In this document: in pieces, positions 8,611 to 15,897 of the stretch | Position numbering within the stretch: position 1 is the first letter of the stretch | Layout: each line of letters opens with the position of its first letter | Source: Candidatus Saccharimonadota bacterium | Lineage (GTDB): Archaea > Micrarchaeota > Micrarchaeia > Micrarchaeales > Micrarchaeaceae | DNA length: 32,000 bases | Reading direction: 5' to 3' | NCBI GenBank assembly: GCA_963705375.1 | Contig: OY970071.1 | Span: forward strand, 300,001 to 332,000 | Program-made: the position numbers and the translations under genes | Notes under the pieces: generated by a model | What the model was told of the DNA's origin: nothing | Databases searched by the model: none | The model's input: the letters and a program-made list of their open reading frames with translations, nothing else

Positions 8611-9168
8611 TTGTTTGGTGATAGGGTGCCTAGTCGAACTGCAAAGAAGAGTAATGAAGAAGCCGATAAAATAAAGCCCCCTTCGCTGGAAAACATCGCA
8701 GCGGCAGCGAGAACGGACATTCGGAATCTGGATAAGACGTTCAATAACTTTATGGACATAGTTCAGATAGTGCGAAATAAAACAATAGATGAGCGCGCAT
8801 TAGAAGCAAAAGAAAAGATGGTAGATGCCTTAGCGCACCCTGATACGGACAAAGATGCGACTAAGAGGGATCTGCTGCTGAAGTTGAACTATGATAGCCA
8901 AGGCAGTATCGAACTCCTTAACCCTTCGGAGGACCAACATGATGCCTTATGCGACCTGCTCAACGCAGGACTTATAGAAATGCGTGTAAATCCATCATCG
9001 CTTTGGTCTGCGGACATGTATGTGATAACCGCCTTTGGGCGCGAGGTCGCAGAACATGTGATTGCGAAACAGCAGGCGGATCAAAATGAGCTACAAACAG
9101 CAAACGCGGATTTGCATGCTTCATTCTTATCGCACCTACGCTCCATCTGGCACGGAAAAACAAAATAG
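8611..9168 (+). CDS. hypothetical protein (possible C-terminal winged-helix)
   Basis: 185-aa ORF with a TTG start in the track; GTG 8626 is a plausible alternative. The C-terminal LLNAGLIEMRV....YVITAFGREV resembles a wHTH wing. No family recognised. Confidence 0.5.
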   Translation: MFGDRVPSRTAKKSNEEADKIKPPSLENIAAAARTDIRNLDKTFNNFMDIVQIVRNKTIDERALEAKEKMVDALAHPDTDKDATKRDLLLKLNYDSQGSIELLNPSEDQHDALCDLLNAGLIEMRVNPSSLWSADMYVITAFGREVAEHVIAKQQADQNELQTANADLHASFLSHLRSIWHGKTK

Positions 9169-9464
9169 GCCTTAGTCGCATTCTCATTTTCAGTCCAACT
9201 AGAGAAAGTGTCGGGTCACAGGTAGCGCTAAACCTGATTTGCATGGGCAAGATAGGTATTCGGACCGAGAGGACGCAATAGGCTCTGGGACAAAAGTCAG
9301 CAATCCTGATCGTCCACGGAAATCTCTTTGTTCTTAGTTATTGCAACATAAACCCTTCTTTAGAGGTACAGTCTAGGCATCTCTGCCTTAGCCGATGTGC
9401 ATATTGGTGTCATTGCCAGTTCTAAGAATCCATCAAAATTTCAGAGCAGGTAAACGTGCACACC

Positions 9465-9956
9465 CTATGCTTGATGATGTCCCCGGCCAAAGGTCCGGCG
9501 GTGCTTTCTCACGCCCTGCGTTCCAAAACTCTGTGTTAGTAGGTGCTTAACGTCGTCTTCACCTCTAAGGGCAGAGGCATCCTCGAACAGATTAAGGTAT
9601 AGTCTGTTATCGACTCCGGGGATGACCGCGGTAGTGGTAACAGACTTGATCAGCCTACCGACGCCGTTATCATCAATGCATGCAAAGGGTATGAACTCGC
9701 TGTATGTGTGATTCGCGCGCTTGACAAACACGCCTTCGAATTTTTTCACACCAGCCAGTGTCCCTTCTATCTCGACATCGTTCGCAATATTGTTGCTGAC
9801 CGAAATCAAAACTTTAACTGATTCCCCCATGGCGCCCCGCAAATTATTCATGGAATAACGCATGAGCTCTTGTAATCGTATTAGACGTTCTTCCCGAGTT
9901 TCTGGCGCGGCCCTATTAGTGTCGGCCCTGTGCGCATGCAACATATTATCGCCCAT
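9465..9956 (-). CDS. hypothetical protein
   Basis: 163-aa ORF with no recognisable motif. TATA-like CATAAATATATC (9971-9982) is only ~21 nt from ATG 9956, so the in-frame ATG at 9944 (MLHAHR..) may be the real start. Confidence 0.5.
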   Translation of the reverse strand: MGDNMLHAHRADTNRAAPETREERLIRLQELMRYSMNNLRGAMGESVKVLISVSNNIANDVEIEGTLAGVKKFEGVFVKRANHTYSEFIPFACIDDNGVGRLIKSVTTTAVIPGVDNRLYLNLFEDASALRGEDDVKHLLTQSFGTQGVRKHRRTFGRGHHQA

Positions 9957-9970
9957 GATCTATGGCTCCT

Positions 9971-9982
9971 GATATATTTATG
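9971..9982 (-). promoter_or_regulatory. TATA-like box (minus strand CATAAATATATC)
   Basis: AT-rich box immediately upstream of the 9465-9956 ORF. Confidence 0.4.
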
Positions 9983-10130
9983 CGTAAGCCTTCTGGAAAA
10001 CCCTCCGGAAGGTTTGGCACGATGCAAGGACGGCGCAAGGCCAGATGAATTAGTGAAAATGGCGATTGACTGGAAGGCCAGTTCCATGGATATGGCCCTC
10101 TTTGCTCTATGAGCGACGTCAACCCAATAG

Positions 10131-10144
10131 AAAGGTTTAAATAT
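10131..10144 (+). promoter_or_regulatory. BRE/TATA-like AAAGGTTTAAATAT upstream of tfb
   Basis: Purine-rich BRE-like AAAGG followed by TTTAAATA; the identical 14-mer recurs at 21515-21528. A second AT-rich box, (TA)n, lies at ~10158-10172. This implies a ~100-nt tfb leader. Confidence 0.45.
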
Positions 10145-10269
10145 CTAGTTGTTCATAGATATATATATAAATCTTTGTATTCTGGCTGACCTGATTCTGC
10201 TTCATAACACGGAGAAAAGTGACTTGAACGACACTGAAAACCCAACAGATAGAACACGAAACGGCCAGC

Positions 10270-11277
10270 ATGCATGTGCCGAAGATCGGAAAGGCCGTAC
10301 AGGCGGAACAGTCGCACAGCATCCAAGAGATGCAGCACGCCCAGCATGCGGACAAGCCAAAGGCAGAAGCGCAGATAAAGAAGTGCCCGAGCTGCGGCAG
10401 CACTAGTCTGATATTTGACAATGAGCGCAGCGAGCTTGTCTGCAACAGCTGCGGGCTCATCATAGAGGAGAACTTCACGGACACTGGTCCTGAATGGCGC
10501 GCGTTCGACGCAGAGCAGAACGCAGCAAGGGCAAGGACTGGCGCCCCGATAAGGTACAACAAGCCCAATAAGGGCCTCGTCACAGAGATCGACCGTTACA
10601 ACAAGGACATCAGAGGAGTGAGCATACCCTCGAAGAGGCTGGCGCAGATGTACAGGATGAAGCAGTGGAACAAGAGGGCAGGCATTGCGAACTCCAGCGA
10701 GAGGAATTATCTTATAGCGCTGCCGGAGCTCAACAGGGTCTCGAGCTATCTCGGGCTGCCGGACAACATAAGGGAGAGCGCGGCCATGCTCTACAGGAAG
10801 TGCGTGCAGAACAACCTCATAAGAGGCAGGCCGATAGAGACCGTAGTGCAGGCAGTGATATACGCATCGAGCAGGCAGGCGGGCACGCCAAGGACGCTTA
10901 ACGAGATATCCGCAATCTCAGGGATATCGAAGAAGGACATAGGAAGGGCGTACAGGGTCATAGCGCATGAACTCGACCTTAGGATACCTCTAACAGACCC
11001 TGCAGCGTATGTGCCCAGGTATGCAGATGCTCTGAAGCTCAGCGAAGACGTTAGGGAGAAAGCAGTGCAAATTCTTAAAGCAGTCATGGAGAAGGGGCTC
11101 GTGTCAGGCAGAAGCCCAACAGGCGTTAGCGCAGCAGTCGTGTACATAGCCAGCGCCATTTCTGGCGAAAGGAGGACCCAGAAGGAGGTGGCAGACGCAG
11201 CAGGAGTAACCGAAGTAACCATAAGGAACAGGTACAAGGAGCTTAAGGAGCAGCTCAACATCGAAGTCGACCTGTGA
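10270..11277 (+). CDS. tfb: transcription initiation factor IIB (TFB)
   Basis: N-terminal Zn ribbon CPSCGS..x..CNSCG, then GPEWRAF and two cyclin-like repeats (..YRKCVQNNLIRGR.., ..SGRSPTGVSAAVVYIA..TQKEVA.AAGVTEVTIRNRYKEL). An alternative in-frame start is ATG 10330. Confidence 0.95.
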   Translation: MHVPKIGKAVQAEQSHSIQEMQHAQHADKPKAEAQIKKCPSCGSTSLIFDNERSELVCNSCGLIIEENFTDTGPEWRAFDAEQNAARARTGAPIRYNKPNKGLVTEIDRYNKDIRGVSIPSKRLAQMYRMKQWNKRAGIANSSERNYLIALPELNRVSSYLGLPDNIRESAAMLYRKCVQNNLIRGRPIETVVQAVIYASSRQAGTPRTLNEISAISGISKKDIGRAYRVIAHELDLRIPLTDPAAYVPRYADALKLSEDVREKAVQILKAVMEKGLVSGRSPTGVSAAVVYIASAISGERRTQKEVADAAGVTEVTIRNRYKELKEQLNIEVDL

Positions 11278-11440
11278 TTGCCTTTCGGTTTGAAGCTGAT
11301 CTCACCAGTCTTGCACAGAAATATGCAGGAAGTGCAAGATGCTGGAGGGGTTGGTTAAGAGCAGGCTGGCCGAGCCAGCGCGTCCTGCTTGCGCTTAATA
11401 TACTAAGGAGGGTTTTCTGCCGTATAAAAAAGATAAACTG

Positions 11441-11542
11441 CTAACCGCAACATTTGCTGCTCATTTTCCCGGATCCGCATGCGCACAGCTTGCTACCCGA
11501 GCGCTTCTTTGATTTCTTCTTCATAGGTTTCTTGGCTGCCAT
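11441..11542 (-). CDS. 33-aa mini-protein consisting of a basic tail plus a SEC-C-type zinc motif
   Basis: Encodes MAAKKPMKKKSKKRSGSKLCACGSGKMSSKCCG. CxCGSGK...KCCG matches the SecA C-terminal (SEC-C) metal-binding motif. It has its own BRE/TATA-like box (11573-11583) and a downstream oligo-T. It is below the ORF-track cutoff. Confidence 0.45.
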   Translation of the reverse strand: MAAKKPMKKKSKKRSGSKLCACGSGKMSSKCCG

Positions 11543-11572
11543 GATAACACACACTTACTGCTCTACACAACG

Positions 11573-11583
11573 CTATAAACCTT
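11573..11583 (-). promoter_or_regulatory. BRE/TATA-like box (minus strand AAGGTTTATAG)
   Basis: Centre is ~35 nt upstream of ATG 11542 of the SEC-C mini-ORF. Confidence 0.4.
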
Positions 11584-11610
11584 AGCAGGCCCCTCTGGAA
11601 TGGGGCATAA

Positions 11611-11625
11611 CTAACAAAAAAGGAT
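11611..11625 (-). terminator. oligo-T terminator after the ABC operon
   Basis: The minus strand reads CCTTTTTTGTTAG ~50 nt after the permease stop, preceded by a GCTTAG..CTAAGC inverted repeat. Confidence 0.4.
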
Positions 11626-11673
11626 GTATTCTTTTACAGTGCTTAGGAAATGTTGGTAAGTGCTAAGCCCGGG

Positions 11674-12450
11674 TCAGGAAGCTATCTTCTCCAGAGAGCC
11701 GAGGCTCCACAGGAATACGATCACAGCCAGGGCGCCGATGACAACGAAACCCTCCACGATGCCTGCGAACTGGAAGCTCCCGACGAATAGCATGCGCACC
11801 GTGTTGACCGCGTACGAGAACGGGTCCATCTTGGACAGGTCCTGAAGCCAGATGGGCGCAAGCACAAGAGGCAGTATGATGCCTGACAGCAAAGAGATGG
11901 GCAGCGTTATCATGTTAAGCGTCGGAGCAAGAGGATCCTCTACCTTATAGATAAGGGCGAAGCCGTAAGATATCGATGCCATGGTGATGCCGATCATCGC
12001 GTACAGCAGCAGCGATAGCAGGAAGCCTTCTATGTTGACGTTGAGGCCGAAAGGCACCGCGACCAGTGTGATCAGCACGCACTGGAACACAAGTATGACC
12101 GCGTCGCGCAGTATCCTTCCAAGAAGTATCGCTGGCCTCTTTACAGGAGTGACCATGAATCGCTCTATGACCCCTGACCTGATGTCATCGATGAGCGAGA
12201 AGCCCACGAAGGCTGTGCCGAATATCGCCTGCATCACCAGCAAACCTGGGATGAAGACCTCTACAGCTTTGCCTGCAGGTATCCCAGGTACTCCGCCAAG
12301 GCCGTTCAGCAGCGGCATGAAAAGGAACAGGTAAAGCATCGGCTGCAGCATGCTCACGAAGACGAATATGGGATCTTTCAGCGTGTGCTGCATGTTGCGC
12401 ACGAACATCAATCGTATGTCGCGTAGCATATCATCATTCCCTCTCGTCAT
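11674..12450 (-). CDS. ABC-2 type transporter permease
   Basis: 258 aa with ~6 hydrophobic segments. It overlaps the upstream ATPase gene by 17 nt, the typical ABC-2 exporter arrangement. Confidence 0.85.
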   Translation of the reverse strand: MTRGNDDMLRDIRLMFVRNMQHTLKDPIFVFVSMLQPMLYLFLFMPLLNGLGGVPGIPAGKAVEVFIPGLLVMQAIFGTAFVGFSLIDDIRSGVIERFMVTPVKRPAILLGRILRDAVILVFQCVLITLVAVPFGLNVNIEGFLLSLLLYAMIGITMASISYGFALIYKVEDPLAPTLNMITLPISLLSGIILPLVLAPIWLQDLSKMDPFSYAVNTVRMLFVGSFQFAGIVEGFVVIGALAVIVFLWSLGSLEKIAS

Positions 12451-13417
12451 CTCTCAAAGAGTGCCCGGTGTACTTCAGGAAGACATCATCAAGGCTTGGC
12501 TTGGATAGCGTGACGTTCTGCACGTCCATACTCTCGGCATCGAGCGTGCGCAGCATGCCCGGCATCATGCGCTCGCCGTTCTTGATGTACAGGTGCACCG
12601 AATTTAGCTCGACTTTGATATCCTTGGTGTGGAGCTTCTTCTTGAGCAGCACCTCGGCTTCGTGCGCCACTCTTCCTGAAGCAAAGGTGAGCACAACAAG
12701 ATCCCCGCCAACATTGCCCTTCAGCTCTGCGGGCGTGCCTTCCACTATAATCTTGCCTCTGTCCATGATTGCTATCCTGTCGCATAGCTTGTCCGCTTCG
12801 TCCATGTACTGCGTTGTCAGGAAGATGGTTATGCCGGCAGCTTTCAGCTTCTTTATCTCGCCCCACAGGTATGCCCGGCTTTGCGGGTCGAGCCCTGTCG
12901 TAGGCTCATCCAGCAGCAGTAGCTTAGGATGGTGAATCATGCCGAGTGCGATGTCAAGGCGACGCTTCTGTCCGCCAGAGTATGATATGACACGCCTCTT
13001 TATGAAGGACCCTAGTTGGAAGCGCTCGACGAATTCAGAAGCACACTTCCTTGCAGTATTGATGTCGAAGCCGTACAGTTGCGCCTGCAGTACAAGGTTC
13101 TCAATGCCTGTAGAATAGAGGTCTGCGCCTCCAGCCTGGCTCACGCAGCCCAAGTTCTGCCTTATTTGGCCTTGCTGCTCCGTCAGGTCATATCCGAGCA
13201 CCTTCACCTTCCCGCCAGTAGGTTGCAACAGCGTGGAGAGCATCCTTTGCGTGGTGGATTTCCCAGCGCCATTAGGACCCAGAAAGCCAAAGATCTCGCC
13301 TTTCTTCACTACAAGGCCTATGCCCTTGACCGCCTCCACTTCCTTTATCGCACCTTTATCCTTTGAGACGTAGGTCTTTCTGAGCCTTTTTGCCTCGATT
13401 ACTAGATCGTCTGACAT
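12434..13417 (-). CDS. ABC transporter ATP-binding protein (DrrA/CcmA-like exporter ATPase)
   Basis: Walker A GPNGAGKST, signature SGGQKRRL, Walker B LLLLDEPTTGLD, and a C-terminal extra domain. Confidence 0.95.
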   Translation of the reverse strand: MSDDLVIEAKRLRKTYVSKDKGAIKEVEAVKGIGLVVKKGEIFGFLGPNGAGKSTTQRMLSTLLQPTGGKVKVLGYDLTEQQGQIRQNLGCVSQAGGADLYSTGIENLVLQAQLYGFDINTARKCASEFVERFQLGSFIKRRVISYSGGQKRRLDIALGMIHHPKLLLLDEPTTGLDPQSRAYLWGEIKKLKAAGITIFLTTQYMDEADKLCDRIAIMDRGKIIVEGTPAELKGNVGGDLVVLTFASGRVAHEAEVLLKKKLHTKDIKVELNSVHLYIKNGERMMPGMLRTLDAESMDVQNVTLSKPSLDDVFLKYTGHSLRDDERE

Positions 13418-13590
13418 GATATGAACCAGGGGATGCTTTTTGTGAGTAAAGGATAATGATGCTTCTACTTAGAGAGACCAACCATATTGTCAAATCTTGC
13501 GCAGCCGACGCCAAAAGACGATTAAAAGTTTTACCGCATAGCAGCAAACTCCACTCGGCCCATAAATTCCGAATGCAGCTCGCAGAGACT

Positions 13591-13863
13591 TTAACGCTGT
13601 GGATAACCCAACGCCTTCCCTATTTCTGCCAGCCTCTTATTTATGAAAGCGCTCCCGCGCTCTGCAACACCTAGCGCTTTCTGCGTTCTGTCTCTGCTTT
13701 CATCAGAAGCCGTTGTGTCTTCCCGTGCGCGATCTCTCGCATTGGTCAATTCTCTAACTTGAGAATCGGAGATTCTCCTTTCAGCCAACAACCTCCTACG
13801 ATTTCGCAGTAATATGAACTGTGACAAGTGCTGTTTCCCCTTTGGCGTTATTGCTTTGGACAT
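13591..13863 (-). CDS. hypothetical small basic helical protein
   Basis: 90-aa ORF upstream of the ABC pair. A TATA-like GGGCTATAAGTTC lies ~30 nt upstream. It competes with an overlapping plus-strand ORF (13456-13674). Confidence 0.4.
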   Translation of the reverse strand: MSKAITPKGKQHLSQFILLRNRRRLLAERRISDSQVRELTNARDRAREDTTASDESRDRTQKALGVAERGSAFINKRLAEIGKALGYPQR

Positions 13864-14002
13864 GATATTAATATGTGCGCGCGAACTTATAGCCCTTTAC
13901 ATCAGCATGTCACGCGTTCAGAGCACTTGCAAAAAATAAACTCCGGACTAGGCTAATACGCGGTGTTATATACTTGGGATGCCGTAACATATACGTGTTA
14001 AA

Positions 14003-14404
14003 ATGGCCAACGATGACGCAAGCGTAATACAGTTAAAGTTCAAAGAGGCCGGCAGATTCATTGCAATACTTAAGATTGGAAGGCTTACGAGAGGCGATGT
14101 CGTGTCGCTTATAAAAGAAGCACTGGCAAAGAACAAGATCGTCGACCTGAACGGCAGGGATCTTCATAATCTGGACCTTAGCGGATTGGGCCTTGGAAGG
14201 GCGAACCTCTCCAATGCAGACCTATCCCACGCGGACCTGTCGAACACAGTGCTGTTCAACGCGAATCTGAACAACACGAATTTCTCAAATGCAAATCTTT
14301 CCTATATCGACTTTTCCTATGCGAATCTGTCCGGTGCAAAGCTAGGCGGCGCAAACATGTACGCCGCTGTTCTTCTGAAAACAGTCATGCCCATGTATTC
14401 GTAG
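14003..14404 (+). CDS. pentapeptide-repeat protein
   Basis: Run of A(N/D)LSxA(N/D)L pentads: ANLSNADLSHADLSNTVLFNANLNNTNFSNANLSYIDFSYANLSGAKLGGANM. Confidence 0.85.
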   Translation: MANDDASVIQLKFKEAGRFIAILKIGRLTRGDVVSLIKEALAKNKIVDLNGRDLHNLDLSGLGLGRANLSNADLSHADLSNTVLFNANLNNTNFSNANLSYIDFSYANLSGAKLGGANMYAAVLLKTVMPMYS

Positions 14405-14519
14405 CAAGCCATTTCCCAAGAACTACTCCTGAGATAAGCTTAAGAGAAACCTACCATCCTAATATACCATATAATGGCTTTCAGAACCAGTCGCCGTTTA
14501 CTTAGGAATCCGTAACAAG

Positions 14520-14531
14520 AAGGTTAATACC
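14520..14531 (+). promoter_or_regulatory. BRE/TATA-like AAGGTTAATACC
   Basis: Centre is ~26 nt upstream of ATG 14552 (leaderless). Confidence 0.5.
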
Positions 14532-14551
14532 TATCCATTCCTTAAGATAGC

Positions 14552-15772
14552 ATGGCATTAGGACGGCGTTCACTGGAAGGTCGCGGAGGCAGCTCTGGCA
14601 TCCTTGGCTGGCTTCGGAACTTCGGCCCCGCATGGCTCGTCATGATCGCAGGCATAGACGTAGCGTCTATCATAACTGCTCTGCAATCGGGAGCGAGCTG
14701 GGGCTACAGGATGGTATTCATAATGATTGCGCTGACGGTGCCCCTGTTCATTATACAGGATGCTGCCGGCATGCTGGGAATTGCGTCGGGCCTCGGCCTC
14801 GGCGAGGCGATAAGGAAGCGCTTTGGAAAGAGGGTCGCGCTTGTTGCGGCCGTGCCGATGGGCCTCAGCGACTTCGTTGCGTACGTAGCCGAATACGCGG
14901 GCGTTGCCATCGGCCTTAAACTGCTCGGAATTCCTGTGGTGCTCGGACTACTTGCGGTGTTTGCGCTGCACATGGCTGTCGTTGTGGGAAGGAAGTACCG
15001 GACTGCTGAGATGTTGCTGATCCCGGTCAGCTTCGTGCTTGTCTCCGTTATTGTAGCATCTGCCTTCGTGTTCCATTTCAACATAAGGCAGTTGATCACT
15101 CTTGGGCTGTCGCCCGTGCAGCCTTATGGAAATCCTTCGTTTGACTTCCTCCTTGCTGCAAGCGTGGGTGCGACCGTCATGCCCTGGATGCTCTTCTTCC
15201 ATTCCGGCGCAAATTCTCGCAGGAAGAAGGATCCGAGGGATCTAAGGAATGAGAGGATAGAGACGCTGTTAGGCGCGGTGGTATCGGAAGTGCTCACCGC
15301 GTTCATCGTGGTCGTCGGCCTGCGCCTTGCTAATGGAAGTGGCTTCATAGACATAGCTGCGCTGTCCAAGGCGATTGCGTTCTTCGGCCCGTATGCGTCG
15401 CTGGTGATGGGGCTCGGGTTCGTGTTCGCCGGATTCCTTGCGCTAGTGGTGATCTCTCTTGGTTCTGCCTGGGGCGTGCTGGAAGCGCTCGGCACTGATT
15501 CCAGATCCTCTTTTTTGAAGGTGTACTTGGCAGAAAGCGTGCCCGCGCTGGCACTGGTGCTTTTCGTAACAAGCTATATACGGCTGATGCTCCACCTTAT
15601 GGTCCTGTCCACGATAATAATAGTGCCCTCGCTGTACTTCCTGGGAAGGCTGGCGTCTGATGAGAAGGTGATGAAAGGCCATCGCCTCGGCCGTTTGGGT
15701 TCCTGCCTGTTCTGGCTGGCGTCAATTTCTATAGTTGCTGGAGGCATCCTCGGCATCCTGGCACTTATCTAA
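14552..15772 (+). CDS. NRAMP (SLC11)-family transporter, divergent metal-site motifs
   Basis: 406 aa and polytopic. The TM1-like GPAWLVMIAGIDVASIITALQSGA corresponds to canonical GPG.L....IDPGN....QAGA. The TM6-like GATVMPWMLFFHS corresponds to canonical GA.IMPHN.YLHS. Confidence 0.8.
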   Translation: MALGRRSLEGRGGSSGILGWLRNFGPAWLVMIAGIDVASIITALQSGASWGYRMVFIMIALTVPLFIIQDAAGMLGIASGLGLGEAIRKRFGKRVALVAAVPMGLSDFVAYVAEYAGVAIGLKLLGIPVVLGLLAVFALHMAVVVGRKYRTAEMLLIPVSFVLVSVIVASAFVFHFNIRQLITLGLSPVQPYGNPSFDFLLAASVGATVMPWMLFFHSGANSRRKKDPRDLRNERIETLLGAVVSEVLTAFIVVVGLRLANGSGFIDIAALSKAIAFFGPYASLVMGLGFVFAGFLALVVISLGSAWGVLEALGTDSRSSFLKVYLAESVPALALVLFVTSYIRLMLHLMVLSTIIIVPSLYFLGRLASDEKVMKGHRLGRLGSCLFWLASISIVAGGILGILALI

Positions 15773-15897
15773 CCACTGCGAGTGCCATTTCGGTGTGCCC
15801 TTGATTCGATTGAAGCAAAGTATTAAAGCCTTAACTTTGTTTAGTATTTGGGAGATAAAAGCGCTGTTGTATTCGCGCTTAACTTTTAGATGTTCTA

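Noticed and set aside
12468-12935. Long antisense ORFs opposite confident genes: 12468-12935 and 12489-12866 vs the ABC ATPase, 10791-11261 vs tfb, 25974-26585 vs GT4, 20310-20807 vs paralog A, 18791-19267 vs the surface protein, 6422-6915 vs flavodoxin.
   Set aside because: Each lies fully inside a gene with strong motif support on the other strand. Their translations are low-complexity (Ser/Leu/Pro/Arg-rich) with no motifs or promoter boxes. They are the expected by-product of codon bias.
13456-13674. 72-aa plus-strand ORF overlapping the 13591-13863 minus-strand ORF.
   Set aside because: I saw no promoter-like box upstream, whereas the minus-strand ORF has a TATA-like box at ~30 nt. Neither ORF has homology support, so this is a weak preference.
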